From Lama glama (lineage: Eukaryota): 64,000 bases of DNA. The notes beneath the pieces were generated by a model, which was given only the letters and a program-made list of their open reading frames with translations, made no database searches and was not told where the DNA came from. Positions 14,296 through 25,526 of the stretch are shown piece by piece. Position numbers and translations under genes: made by a program. Location: NCBI GenBank assembly GCA_028534125.1, contig CM052816.1, forward strand, positions 53,260,001-53,324,000, in the 5' to 3' direction. The number at the start of each line of letters is the position of its first letter. Within the stretch, counting starts at the first letter, position 1.

Positions 14296-14377
14296 TTAGA
14301 CGTCTGGCTTTAACAGTGAAGGACAGAAAGGTCTGCCTGAAGCTGGCAGCAGATTCTCCCAATACTCTCTTCTAGCC
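14296..14377 (-). pseudogene. BHMT2: BHMT2 exon 8 (terminal coding part)
   Basis: aaaacgcag|G GCT AGA AGA GAG TAT TGG...; translates [26 protein letters not shown] with TAA at 14296-14298. Confidence 0.92.
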
Positions 14378-14856
14378 CTGCGTTTTAAAAAATACATAGT
14401 TGATTAATGGAAAGATTCATACCTATTTTATAAGCCCAATATGTTATATACATATTTGCTAAATACACATAATTTTAGTGGATGATCAAGCTCAAGTTGA
14501 ATTTAAGTCTCAACATACAGACAAAAAATATGCCCATATCCATTAATGCCAGGAGTCTACATTTCTGTCCTCAATAATAGTCACTGGGTTTCACACTGCC
14601 TTTCAGAAAAAGGCAATGTGTTTGAATTTACATGGTTCTGTGAATTACATTCATTCTGAAATTTCTATAGCGGGGTCCTTCTAGGTCTACTTAATAACAT
14701 AATGGCAAGTATATGAAGCCAGTTTTTAATGTACTGAGAAAGTAAAATTCTTCAAAAAGTAACTAAGGACAGAATACAAATTACTTTGTCAGTATTCATT
14801 CCTTGTTTTTAGACAAAGAAGAGTACAAAGTTTCCTGGTCACAGACCTCTATGTTA

Positions 14857-14870
14857 AATATATATATATT

Positions 14871-14907
<37 letters not shown>
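14857..14907. repeat. Compound (TA)n(TG)n microsatellite
   Basis: Seen directly. Confidence 0.9.
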
Positions 14908-16609
14908 TTTACAGTTTTTTCCACTTTACTTAATGAAATAATGAATAAATCAATATTTTTGGATGATGAAAATGTCAGAAATCTAGGGTGTCTACAGGTT
15001 TCTGTGTAATCACAAATTTTTGCGAACATCAGTATGTTTGGGAGTTTAGGGTGTAAGAAATTTCTGGCTTTATTCTACAGAATAATGTTTCATCTTTAAT
15101 TGTTCATGAGTTTTAAGGATCCCTAGACAATGCTTATTAAAATAAGCCATTTCTCACTTATATGAACTATTTTAATCATCACCAAAGTATGATTTCCTCA
15201 CCTTTTAATTATATTTCTATTTAGTACTTTTTTTCTAAGCCTGAGACCTATAAAAAACATCTTGAATAAATATCCCTATCTCCCAGAAGAAGTGTTTGCC
15301 TAAATGATTTCTTGCCTACTTTTACAATCCAAATTAATTTACATTAGGAAAGTTGTTCCAGTGCAAAAATAAAGACTGTTCTAAGTCCCACTGAAATAAA
15401 GTACAAAATGGATTGAAGACATAGCAGCACTAATTCAAGAAGATAGCCGAGATTGTGGCTGGTTTCTAGAAGATGGAAAAGGTGTGGCATTGTATTGACA
15501 GATGAGAAAGAAAGAGATAGAGAAATTCAAGGGGACCCCAGAAAAATGTCTTCCATAAATAAAGTGATTGATTATAACAAATAGCATAATTTAGATATTG
15601 GAAGATCTTCGAGAAGGTGAAGGCCTTTTATTCTTCTTTCAACAATAAAAAAGAAAGTTAATTAGAAATTCCTAGAAAACCAAATGCTGTACAAAGAAAG
15701 ACACAGTCCAAGGAGGAAACAAATTAATATATGGCCTGAATTTGGACTACGGATGAAATGTAAGAAAAGAGAACCAATTTGACCTTGATGCTTGGAACAT
15801 TCTCCTACAAGGGCTCAAGTTTTGTAAAAATAGGTTTATTTCTCTTTCTCCTTAGTTTCATGCTTACCGCTTGGTTCTGCAGTGAATGATGTTTAGAAAA
15901 TCATGACCAGGATATTAGATTGAAAATTTTACTGGAGGCACCAAGATATGGTAGATACCAGATATTAAAGCAAGACAGAAACTCTGCAGAAATTCCAAAG
16001 TAGGTGGCTAAGAACCAGACAGATGACTCACCTGACTCTACACTGGAAAATCTAGATCCCAGAGACCAGCAGGTTGGCTGGTGAGTGAAGAGGATGTGGT
16101 TAAATTGAGATCAGACCACACTCTCCAAGTTTGTCTCAATAGAAGAAGGATGAAAAGTCTTCTAGGCAGTTTAAGCCTTCTTGGAGAGGCAGGGCCAGCC
16201 TAGGGGTATTTAAAATCAAACCCAAAAGAGTCACCAGGAAGGAAAATGAGACTCCCAAAATAGGATGGGAGCATATTTGTAGTGGCCTGCTGATAAAAAT
16301 CAGGATCTGAGGGTGAAGCAGAGAAAAAGTTTTCAGAGAAAAATGCAATGCCTGTGACATGAGAAATATACACAGAAGTTTCCAGGGGGAAGCGTCTAAA
16401 GAACCATAAACGCACTCATGAAGATCTGCCAGGCCCAGAGAACGTGGCCTTCCTTTTAGGCTGCTGGTCTTTGAATCTGAAGAGGTCAGAAACCATGATG
16501 AACAAGATGAGAAGGGAAGGTTGGAAGCATAAGACAGAGAGGGAGAAGGCTCAGACTGGCCTTCCCTGGTTTCCTGCATATTGAAAGCTTCTGCTGGAAA
16601 AGAGGAGAA

Positions 16610-16659
16610 GTTTTAAGTTTGAAACTTGTTCCAGGTTTTAAGTTTGAAACTTGTTCCAG
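16610..16659. repeat. Perfect 25-bp tandem duplication
   Basis: GTTTTAAGTTTGAAACTTGTTCCAG x2. Confidence 0.95.
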
Positions 16660-17510
16660 TAAACTAAATGCTTAATTACTGTGTTAACACTGTGTTTGCT
16701 AAGTCAAATGGTCATGGGCTTTCTATCGCCTAAGAGTATTCAAAGAAGTTCTGGGGCATGCCAGTGTTTTCAAACAGGAACACAGGAAAAGAGTTCACCC
16801 ATGGAGCAGGTTTAAAGAGACAAAAGGAAACAAAAATAAAGTTGTATTCTGATTATATTTTATAAGCCCTCCTTTTTTAACATGACAATTATAATAATTC
16901 TGTAAATGTTATTTACTAGCTTTATATCTTTATAATAAATCTACAGACAAAGCTTGGAAAACTTAATTATAATTACAAAGCAGAACACAATGGTTATAAA
17001 CCTTGATGATTTGAAAGAAATGGTATACCTTCAAGAAGCCATGAGGTAGATGAGGGAGGAAAGGTAGAGGGAAGCAGAGTCAATTCTTATTTTACAGAGA
17101 GTGGAATCAAGAGATACTGCCTCATATTGATGAATTTAAAAATAACTGGTTAAATATGAAATTCAAACTTATAAAGATAACCAACAGAACAAGCAAAAAT
17201 GTAATAAGTCAGAATTGGGGGAAAGTGAACAGGGAAAGGGAAGATTATGTGATTTAAATTTCTTAACTTTCATAAAGAGTAATTACCACTTAAAATTGAT
17301 AAAACAAAAATAAACAAATAAGACTTCAAAACAAATGGCAAACAGGTGACCCTTAGAAGTAGGACTGGTGTCAGGAACAGGATGGCTTCTATTGTCATTT
17401 TACACACTTCTGTGCTTTGAATTTTTATCACCATGTGCATGAATAATTATTTACAACAATAAATAAAAGAGATGAGAGGAAAATAGTAATGTTAATTTAA
17501 AAATTCCTAC

Positions 17511-17739
17511 CTGGCTCTAATTCAAGGTTTGATGTGCATACTGAGACCACTTCCCCAGCTGCCATGTTTTTCTGAAGCTGGTGGCAAAAATCCCCTTTCC
17601 GGGGCCAGCTCCTCTGCCATCGCCCTGATGTGGTAGGGCTCAAATCCGCAGCACCCGCCTATGTACCTGACCCCCAGGTTGCAGGCCTCTCTGGCATATT
17701 TTTGAATATCCCATCTGGTTGCAACTCTGGGCTCCAGTC
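17511..17739 (-). pseudogene. BHMT2: BHMT2 exon 7 (229 nt) with in-frame stop
   Basis: ttacag|GA CTG GAG CCC...GCC AG|gtagga; translates [79 protein letters not shown] at 17522-17524. Confidence 0.92.
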
Positions 17740-17807
17740 CTGTAATACAGTAGTTAGAGCACTCCTGTTACCATCTTGGTTTTCAAAGGATCGATGTTCT
17801 GATGGGT

Positions 17808-18307
17808 NNNNNNNNNNNNNNNNNNNNNNNNNNNNNNNNNNNNNNNNNNNNNNNNNNNNNNNNNNNNNNNNNNNNNNNNNNNNNNNNNNNNNNNNNNNNN
17901 NNNNNNNNNNNNNNNNNNNNNNNNNNNNNNNNNNNNNNNNNNNNNNNNNNNNNNNNNNNNNNNNNNNNNNNNNNNNNNNNNNNNNNNNNNNNNNNNNNNN
18001 NNNNNNNNNNNNNNNNNNNNNNNNNNNNNNNNNNNNNNNNNNNNNNNNNNNNNNNNNNNNNNNNNNNNNNNNNNNNNNNNNNNNNNNNNNNNNNNNNNNN
18101 NNNNNNNNNNNNNNNNNNNNNNNNNNNNNNNNNNNNNNNNNNNNNNNNNNNNNNNNNNNNNNNNNNNNNNNNNNNNNNNNNNNNNNNNNNNNNNNNNNNN
18201 NNNNNNNNNNNNNNNNNNNNNNNNNNNNNNNNNNNNNNNNNNNNNNNNNNNNNNNNNNNNNNNNNNNNNNNNNNNNNNNNNNNNNNNNNNNNNNNNNNNN
18301 NNNNNNN
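17808..18307. other. Assembly gap (exactly 500 N)
   Basis: N run between BHMT2 exons 4 and 7. Confidence 0.99.
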
Positions 18308-18416
18308 TCTACACAGAGGAAGCAAGGGCACGCGACAGTCCAAAACCCTCACGAAAGTTGAAGGCTACGCAGTTTTGCCAAAATACAGTGATCCTTTCGT
18401 GTGACTCTAGGCTTAC

Positions 18417-18612
18417 CTCTGTGATCAAGAAAGCCACGTTTTTCCTGGCAAAAATCTCTAGCTGGAGTCAAAAAAGTTTTAATCCTTGCTTCATCCTTGG
18501 AGTGTTTGTACAGTGATGTCTGGCAGACCCCCCCCTCCCCCGCTATCAAAGCATCACCTTTGCCGGCTACTTCTCTGGCAAGGTCACAGGCAGCGAAGTT
18601 GACAGCTTCCCA
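18417..18612 (-). pseudogene. BHMT2: BHMT2 exon 4 (196 nt) with frameshift and stop
   Basis: cctcag|TGG GAA GCT...ACA GAG|gtaagc; reads [45 protein letters not shown], then shifts frame to [19 protein letters not shown]. Confidence 0.9.
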
Positions 18613-19583
18613 CTGAGGCTGGACAGCAAGAGCTCCAATGGTGAGCCTGGCATTTTAAAGGTGAACTTTAATAGATAACAGAGGGGGTAATGAGCAAGCA
18701 GGATGAGTACAAGTCACTGGTTTAAACTGCAATTCGAGAAGACCAGCAGAGTTGGGTACCGTGTCCTCTACCACCAGGGAGCTTGCATTTCCGTTATTGT
18801 GCTGACCACACTGGACATTAGTAAATGCTCATTTGTTCGTCTCCCACCCTTTACCTGTGAGCCACTTCAGAACAGGGTCTATGCCTTTGGATCATCTTTG
18901 TATCTGCCACAGAGCACGGACTTAGCAGGTATTCATTAAACGTTGGTTGGTTGAATGAATAAATGGACATTAATATTTACAAGTAATAACACTCTACACT
19001 TGCAGAGTATCTTACAATACTTCCATATCCTTCACCTTATCCGCTTTCCTCAACAACTCTATGCATATAAGCATAGATTATCTCCATTTTGCAGAGAAAA
19101 TCCCTGCTTCATGCAGTTAAGTGTCTTGCACAAAGTTACATAGCAGGTAGGTGGCAAAGTTGGGTATTAAACCCCATTCTCCTTCCTAGGCCAGTGCTGG
19201 GTTCCCTAGGCCCACCCTGTCTCCAGATGGAGAAGTCAGAAGAGAAGAAAGTGAAATGAGAAAGTAAAAAGAGCCTCTATAAAGTGTTCTTTCTCTATAA
19301 GAAAATAGCACAGAAGGACGGCCATGCCCTTCCAATGGCCTCTTTTCTCCCAATTCTATCCTCTCTCCCTCCCCTAGATAAAGAGACAGAAAAAGCTCGT
19401 TTATTTAGCACGTGTATGTTTACATAATGATGAATTACTTAATAAACATTTTATGTGGCGGAGTCTGTAATGAAGTGTAGTAACACATCGGGTCAGTTCC
19501 ATGGATGCCCCAAAAGAGGTGGTTTTATTGTAGACGAGCCCTGGCTCCCTCCCCCACCACCCACCTTCCACATTACAGTTTAC

Positions 19584-19675
19584 CTGACGGTCCATATTTT
19601 CTTCACTGGCAGAAAAGGTGAAAGTCTGCATAACATTTGATCCCACTCTCAAGAGTTCCATGTGAAGGTGACCGA
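19584..19675 (-). pseudogene. BHMT2: BHMT2 exon 3 (92 nt)
   Basis: ttcgtag|TC GGT CAC...CGT CAG|gtaaac; translates (V)[30 protein letters not shown]. Confidence 0.92.
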
Positions 19676-21044
19676 CTACGAAGGAGTTGTTTTTTTCACT
19701 GAAATTAAAAAAATGAAAAGTCACAGAAGCTATCATTTTCAGCAGCAGCTTACCCACCCACATCTCTTTCAATCATACACAACTCCAAACCTAATACTTG
19801 TAAAGAAATTCCGATTCAGGTCAGTAAAATTCAGGGACAGGACAAGGCAGAGACCCCATGAAGTGGGGGCTGTTTAGAGTAGCCTCGTATTGACCTGCTG
19901 ATGGGCTGCGTCGCCTGGTGTGGTCACGTGCAGGTATTAAGGCCTGGGTGGCCAGCTGTCCCTTGGGTCTCTTGGTCTAGAGAGGGTTTATTCATTTGCC
20001 AGTGTCACGAAGGATGTAGCTGGTCTACTTACAGTCGGCACTGGGGAGCCCCCCAAGAAGCACGAGGGCGTTCTCACAGTGGGCAGACCGTATGTGGGTG
20101 GCGCCCCATCTAATGGATTTAACGGCAAGCAGCTGGGTAGACGCAGTCAGGGAGCTTTCCTTGGCCCATCATAAAACCCGTCCTCTCTCTCTTCATCTCC
20201 CCGCACCCCCACCTCAATCTTTATCCTTGCTATTTCAACTTTCTTCCTGGTTTAGCAAAAAAGATCTTCTAAAATTAAGAACACGTTCTTCTTGGGCCAG
20301 ATGAAAACTTCCTGCTAGGTACTAGAGAGACAGAACTTTGCCCTACCATCTAACTGGGTGTCTGATGAAACAATAACCAGGGCCATCGGGTACTCATGAT
20401 ATGCGGGGCATTTCACGTGGGTTAACTTGCGAGTCCTCACAACCAGCTCCTGTCATGCGCCCATGTGACAGATGAAGAAACTGATTCTCAGAGTTCAAAT
20501 GACTTGCTCACGGTCACTCAGCTGATCAGAAGGACCAAGACATGACCCCACGTTTGTCTGATACACTGTGCATCTATGAATAAAATCAGAGCAAATCAGA
20601 AGTTCCATTCCCAGCTTGTATCCTGTTTCACCCCTTTCTTCTTTGGCCTTATTTTCCACTCTTAATTTAGGAGAACAAATACAAAAAAGAGCAAAAAGAG
20701 AATTTAAGTTCTAATTTGATGTTACTAACCAATCCAATTACAGTTTCTACCTCTAACTCTTTTTTTTCAGCCAGGAGGATGAGATAAAACTGTGTTTATT
20801 TCTTTGCTCCTTCCGTTCCCCCAACAGAACCTTGCTGTCTACTGTCTATGCTAAGCTAGTGATTACCACCATTAATCATCCCTACCAAACATACTGTTTT
20901 AATATTGTATGCAAATTAGCAAGAAAGGTGCATCTGAAGCAGTAACAATTTTGCTATGTTAAGGAAACTCTTTAGTATACAAGAGGGACATATTCATGGA
21001 ACAAATATTAAGATGTACATTTTAGTACCCCCTATATGTGAATA

Positions 21045-21050
<6 letters not shown>

Positions 21051-21087
<37 letters not shown>

Positions 21088-21089
21088 GT
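21051..21089. repeat. (TG)n microsatellite
   Basis: Seen directly. Confidence 0.95.
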
Positions 21090-21286
21090 AAGGGGGAGGA
21101 AGGATGGGGAGAGAGAGAGGTCATTTTCTTCTATTTGGTTTGACACATGTACTGTCACTGTCTTGACATCTTGGACATTTTGGCAAATGAAACAGTCCTT
21201 AGAAAACACTCGCTATTCCTTACTTTCAGTCAGATTTAAGCAAAATGTCACCCAGATAAACCCTCTGTGGCAATGCTGGCACCAAC

Positions 21287-21418
21287 CTGCATTAGGGCAC
21301 TCTGCTACTGCTTCTGGAATCCAGAGCCCAGCCTTCACATAGCCCCTCTTCTCCAGACTGAAGAGAAAGCTGCCATCTCCAACCACAACCTCTCCACTAT
21401 CCCGATGTTCCAAAATAC
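21287..21418 (-). pseudogene. BHMT2: BHMT2 exon 2 (132 nt, one base short of frame)
   Basis: cttcttccag|GTATTTTGGAA...GCAG|gttggt; the ancestral frame reads [43 protein letters not shown]. Confidence 0.9.
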
Positions 21419-23415
21419 CTGGAAGAAGAGAAGAAAAATCACCTAAGACCCTTCTTTTTTCTCTAAAAGCAGTTTCTAAATTTAGGAAAGGTGGTACAGT
21501 CCTCTTGCAGCCCCCACTCTGTTAAAATCATCAGTGCCTAATTGTGTTTCAGAAAGACTGAGTAGACTCTATGTCTTGGACAATCCAGGTCCTTAGTTTG
21601 TGCAAAATTCTGTGACTATTTTTGCTCAAATGCCATTTAACCCAAGTCAGATATAGTGAAAGTACTGATCTCATGATCGTTATTTTGGTTGTTCAACATG
21701 TTTGCGGCAATAAGTAAAAAAGCAGACTTCAGATCTTTTAAGTCCCTCATCTAGTCTCTTTCTATTTTACTACCTTTCTAGAGAGTCAGCCCACCCGTAG
21801 CCTGAATAAAAGGTTGCATCCAGAGCAGTTTTCCAAGACTTCCGGTTTTCACTGTCAACAAAGTGCTTCCCCAGACGCCTGCACAGCTCGCCCTCTCACT
21901 TCCTTCAGGTCTTCGCTTAAGGGTCATTTTTTTCAGAAAGGCCTTCCCTGTGATTGATTAAAACAGCAAACACCCCTCCACACCCCTCCCTGGGGATCCC
22001 TGTCCTTCTGGTGTAGATGGCAAGAGTTGAGACACAACCTTTTATTGAAAATACAGGACAGTTCATCTCAGCCCTGCCTACAGCAGCACCCACAGACCAG
22101 AGCATGAATGGGGGATGAAAGGCTCCAACTGCCCCTTCTAACCAGTCACATCTGCCACCCAGGAAGGTACATTAGAAGCAGCTGGACTGAGACTGAGCAC
22201 AGGCCACCATCCCAGCACATCTCTGTTCTCCTGTGGAGGGCAGTATGTTAGTACTGTGTTAGCCATAAACACTCTTCTGACAGAGAGAGCTCCTGACTCT
22301 GTTTCTTTTTCTATACTTTATATCTAAAGATGAATTTCAGCTGAATATAGAAGAAATGTTAATATATTCTGTGATTCTCACCTCTCTCTCTAGTCCTTAC
22401 ATAAAATGAAATCTGTTCTTTTTGTTTTGTGCTTTTGAAACAACAAAAAAAAAGACTTAAAACTTCAACTTTGCATTGAGACCTTCCCACATGCCAGGTC
22501 TAGTTCTAGGCAAGAGGGATAAATGCTGGAATAAGACCTGGTCCCTGCCCTCAAGAAGCTCCAAGCCTGGCTACCCTGAGGAAGGCCATCAGAGCAACAG
22601 GTCATCACGGCCCAGCATGATAAATAAAGGCTGCAGAGGGACATGGGGAGAGAGAATCAGAGGTGTAGTCCTCTGCATAAAATCTTGTCTTGAAAAATCT
22701 AACCCATTTCAATGAAGCTAACCATGTTAAGAATCAAATTTAATCTTACACATCAAACAAAACACTGGTCCACAATTTGGGTGTTATGGGTTAGTTTCTC
22801 ACCTCCCACATCCCATTTGTCATAGGGTTACACCACATGTATCCATTTAACACATCTCATATATGTCCCCCCATCCTTACTGCCCCCTGGACGATTGAAA
22901 TGTTCTCTAGTTCACTCCAGCTTACTCTAAACTATCTTCCATTGCTGCCAGAGCAACGCCTTGCCTGCCCTTCTCCTATCTGTGATGACATCCTCCTTTG
23001 TATCCTGCTTACCTTCATACAACCTCTGTTCCTGCATCCATCACCTGTACCGCAGCACCTGGTTACTTACCTGCTGCCTCCGTTTGGCTGTGAGATGCTT
23101 GAGGCTCAGGTGACATCTTATCTCTGTCCCTACCACCTCATAAACACCTAACAGCGGGCTCTTCATAAACTACGCCACGAATTAGCAGACAGGACTGTTT
23201 TGAAAATGTCACATAGCTCACATATGCTACAAGTTTGGTCCTGATGAGGAGGAAAAATAATGATACTCTTTAACAGAAAATTAGCTAGGGTTTTAAGACA
23301 ATTATAGTGTAAATTTTGACTGTGCCCTCATGATGCCAAGTAAAGGTAAAACATTTTGATCTGTCATCTAGATGTTTGTCTGACATTTTAAATTTTGCCA
23401 GTTTTCTAAACAGCC

Positions 23416-23510
23416 ATTAGCATGCATGAGGTCCTGGGTTCAGTCCTCAGTACCTTCGTTAATAAAAAAAAAAAAACTAATTTCCTCCCCTCCCCCCAAA
23501 AAGTTAAAAA
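23416..23510 (+). mobile_element. 5'-truncated tRNA-Ala-derived SINE
   Basis: TTAGCATGCATGAGGTCCTGGGTTCAGTCCTCAGTACCT followed by an A-rich tail. Confidence 0.7.
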
Positions 23511-24964
23511 AATAAAATTCATAAAATACAGACAATTAAAATAAAATTATAAAATTTATAAAATAAAAATAAAAAAATATAGACAGTTCTAGAATGACAG
23601 AGGACTGTAAAATAAAAAGCACTGTAAATTATTTGCAGTATTTTCATATTTTCATTCTACCCTCTCTTTCAGTTTGGCAGTGACTCCGCCTCAGATCTGA
23701 TCATGAGCTCTGAGAGGTATTTATGCCCCCTTTTTGTAGATAGCAGTATCTACACCTCTTGGATTGAAGATCTGGCTTCAGGGCACCTCTATTCATACAC
23801 AGAGAAGACCAACTTTACCCTGTTGCAAGAAGCTGCCAGAGGTCCATTCTGTTTAAAATATCTCCCTATTTGTGGGAAATTGCCACCAGGACTCCTTTTT
23901 TGGGTTTAAGAAGCAATTGGAGGAGTCCTCTGTGGCAGCTAAATGAATTCTTAATATGCACCTGTTAGCTTAGAAGAGTGGTGACATTAGCTCCACCCCA
24001 CTCACATTTTAACACCCAGGTACATATTAACCTGTATTTTTGTGTGATAATGTTGGTGTTGCCAAGAACAGAGGCCAGGAAGAAATAAAACAGGGACAGC
24101 ATATTTTTAAAAAGCCTTAAAAAAAGAACTGGTAAAAATGAATATAATATTAGGGAAAGTTTAAAGAAATCAGCACTGTGTTCTTTTTCTTCAATGCCCA
24201 TATTTTACTTTTTAAATCAGAAAACATGTCCAAAATGTGTGGGGGTTTTTTGTTTCATTGTTTTTTAAACCTATATTCCACATCTTATATAACTACTACC
24301 ATTATTGTGTCCTTCCTTACAGTGTGTGGATAAATATTTTTATACAGTTGGGATCAGTCTGTGATTATGATTCGTATCTCCTTTTGTAACTTAACATTGC
24401 CAAAGCACTTTGCCTGTTGTCATATGTAGCTTTTTAATTGGTTGCCTAATAACTTATTAAGTGGATGAACTTGGATTTATTTAGGGAGCCCACGACTGTA
24501 GAGCATCTTGGTTTTTCCTAACTTTTTAGTATAAATAAAATGGTGGTGCACGTTTCCGAGTCTGTATCGCCCCTTCCTTCCCCACTCTTTCTTCTGCATT
24601 AGGAGGCACAGATGGGTTGCTTTGAGGAATTTGGAGGTGTACTAGTTCATGTCCTTCCTAATTGTTTTGTCACCCCTTCTCCCCACCACTCACACAACCA
24701 GCGTAGAAATGGGGGACGAAGCGACAGCTGGCAACTAGATAGGGAAGGGGGAGCCGAGAGACAGGGAGTACCTGATGAGATGAGGTGAAACCCTCCTCCG
24801 TGCCCTTCGCATCCCACTCTCCAACCCTGCCTGTGAGTGTCCGCTCCTGGACAGGTTTCAGGCCAGTGCAAGGTTTGGGGGCTCAGGCAACGGCCACTTC
24901 CCAAAACATGAAGGGAACCAGCTCTTGGGCCATTGAATAGATGGGCTGTGGGTGCGGGTGGGCT

Positions 24965-25310
24965 GATTGTAGAAGATGTGAGAGCAGCCGGAGTCTGAAG
25001 GCTAGATTTCAAATCCCCACTCCACTTGGACTAGAACGGTGACCCTGAGCTAGTCGTCTGAGCCTCAGTTTCCTCACCTTGTAAAACGGGGATAAACGTG
25101 AAGAGATAATTTGTGTAAAGCACTCGCGCAGTGCCGGGCACCGAGTCAAGGCCCCACAAATGTTACCCAAGATTGTAATCTCATCCTAACACCTGGGCAG
25201 TACCGTCGTCCCCGCGACTCGCGATCGGGTAAACCGAGGCTCAGAGCCGTCCAGGTGCCTCGCCCAGGCTGCAGAGGCTGGCTAGAGTCAGAGTTGGAGC
25301 CCCGCGGCCA
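24965..25310. mobile_element. Two MIR-like SINE fragments in opposite orientation
   Basis: MIR core CTGAGCCTCAGTTTCCTCACCTTGTAAAACGGGGATAA on +, and a reverse core GGTAAACCGAGGCTCAGAG near 25229-25247. Confidence 0.6.
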
Positions 25311-25347
25311 GGAGGGCTGAGTAACTCTCGGGATCTCCCAAACTCAC

Positions 25348-25380
25348 CTTCTCAGCGCCGGGGCCTCTGAGCGGTGCCAT
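25348..25380 (-). pseudogene. BHMT2: BHMT2 exon 1 coding part (33 nt)
   Basis: ggcgcgATG GCA CCG CTC AGA GGC CCC GGC GCT GAG AAG|gtgagt = MAPLRGPGAEK (human MAPAGRPGAKK, recalled). Confidence 0.85.
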
Positions 25381-25526
25381 CGCGCCAAGGCTGTGCGGGC
25401 GCGGGGTGGAGGGGAGCGCGCGGGGCCAGGAGCCCGCCCCTCGCCCGGGGGGAGGCTCGCACCGCCGCGGCCGACTGCTGCCCTCAGAGCAGGGGCCCGG
25501 CCCTCGCCCTTGGCCCGGGTCTCGCC

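Larger units (their letters stand above)
14296..25380 (-). pseudogene. BHMT2: BHMT2 (S-methylmethionine-homocysteine S-methyltransferase) locus, apparently inactivated; exons 1-4, 7 and 8 visible
   Basis: Six collinear minus-strand exons with GT-AG sites translate to BHMT2-like peptides. BHMT2 rather than BHMT because of the GDGSF motif, the short 92-nt exon 3, the short C-terminus (KPDV*) and the head-to-head position with DMGDH. Frame-disrupting lesions occur in exons 2, 4 and 7. Confidence 0.85.

Noticed and set aside
15400..17470. Probable old L1/LTR-derived sequence in BHMT2 intron 7, including a 147-aa minus-strand ORF
   Set aside because: I could not assign a family or boundaries, and the ORF has no recognisable homology.
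17630..18404. Long ORFs of 189-243 aa
   Set aside because: They read through the 500-N gap; the real content is the flanking BHMT2 sequence.
17522..18470. In-frame TGAs in BHMT2 read as selenocysteine or readthrough
   Set aside because: They replace Trp and Arg rather than Cys, I recognised no SECIS element, and frameshifts co-occur.
18470..21418. The -1 (exon 2) and -2 (exon 4) indels as compensating frameshifts
   Set aside because: The shifted frame stops at 21335-21337, and the restored frame meets TGA at 18468-18470.
14296..25380. Calling the minus-strand gene BHMT or a processed pseudogene
   Set aside because: It has introns and BHMT2-specific features (short exon 3, short C-terminus, GDGSF). 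No BHMT exon was seen in 1-14000.
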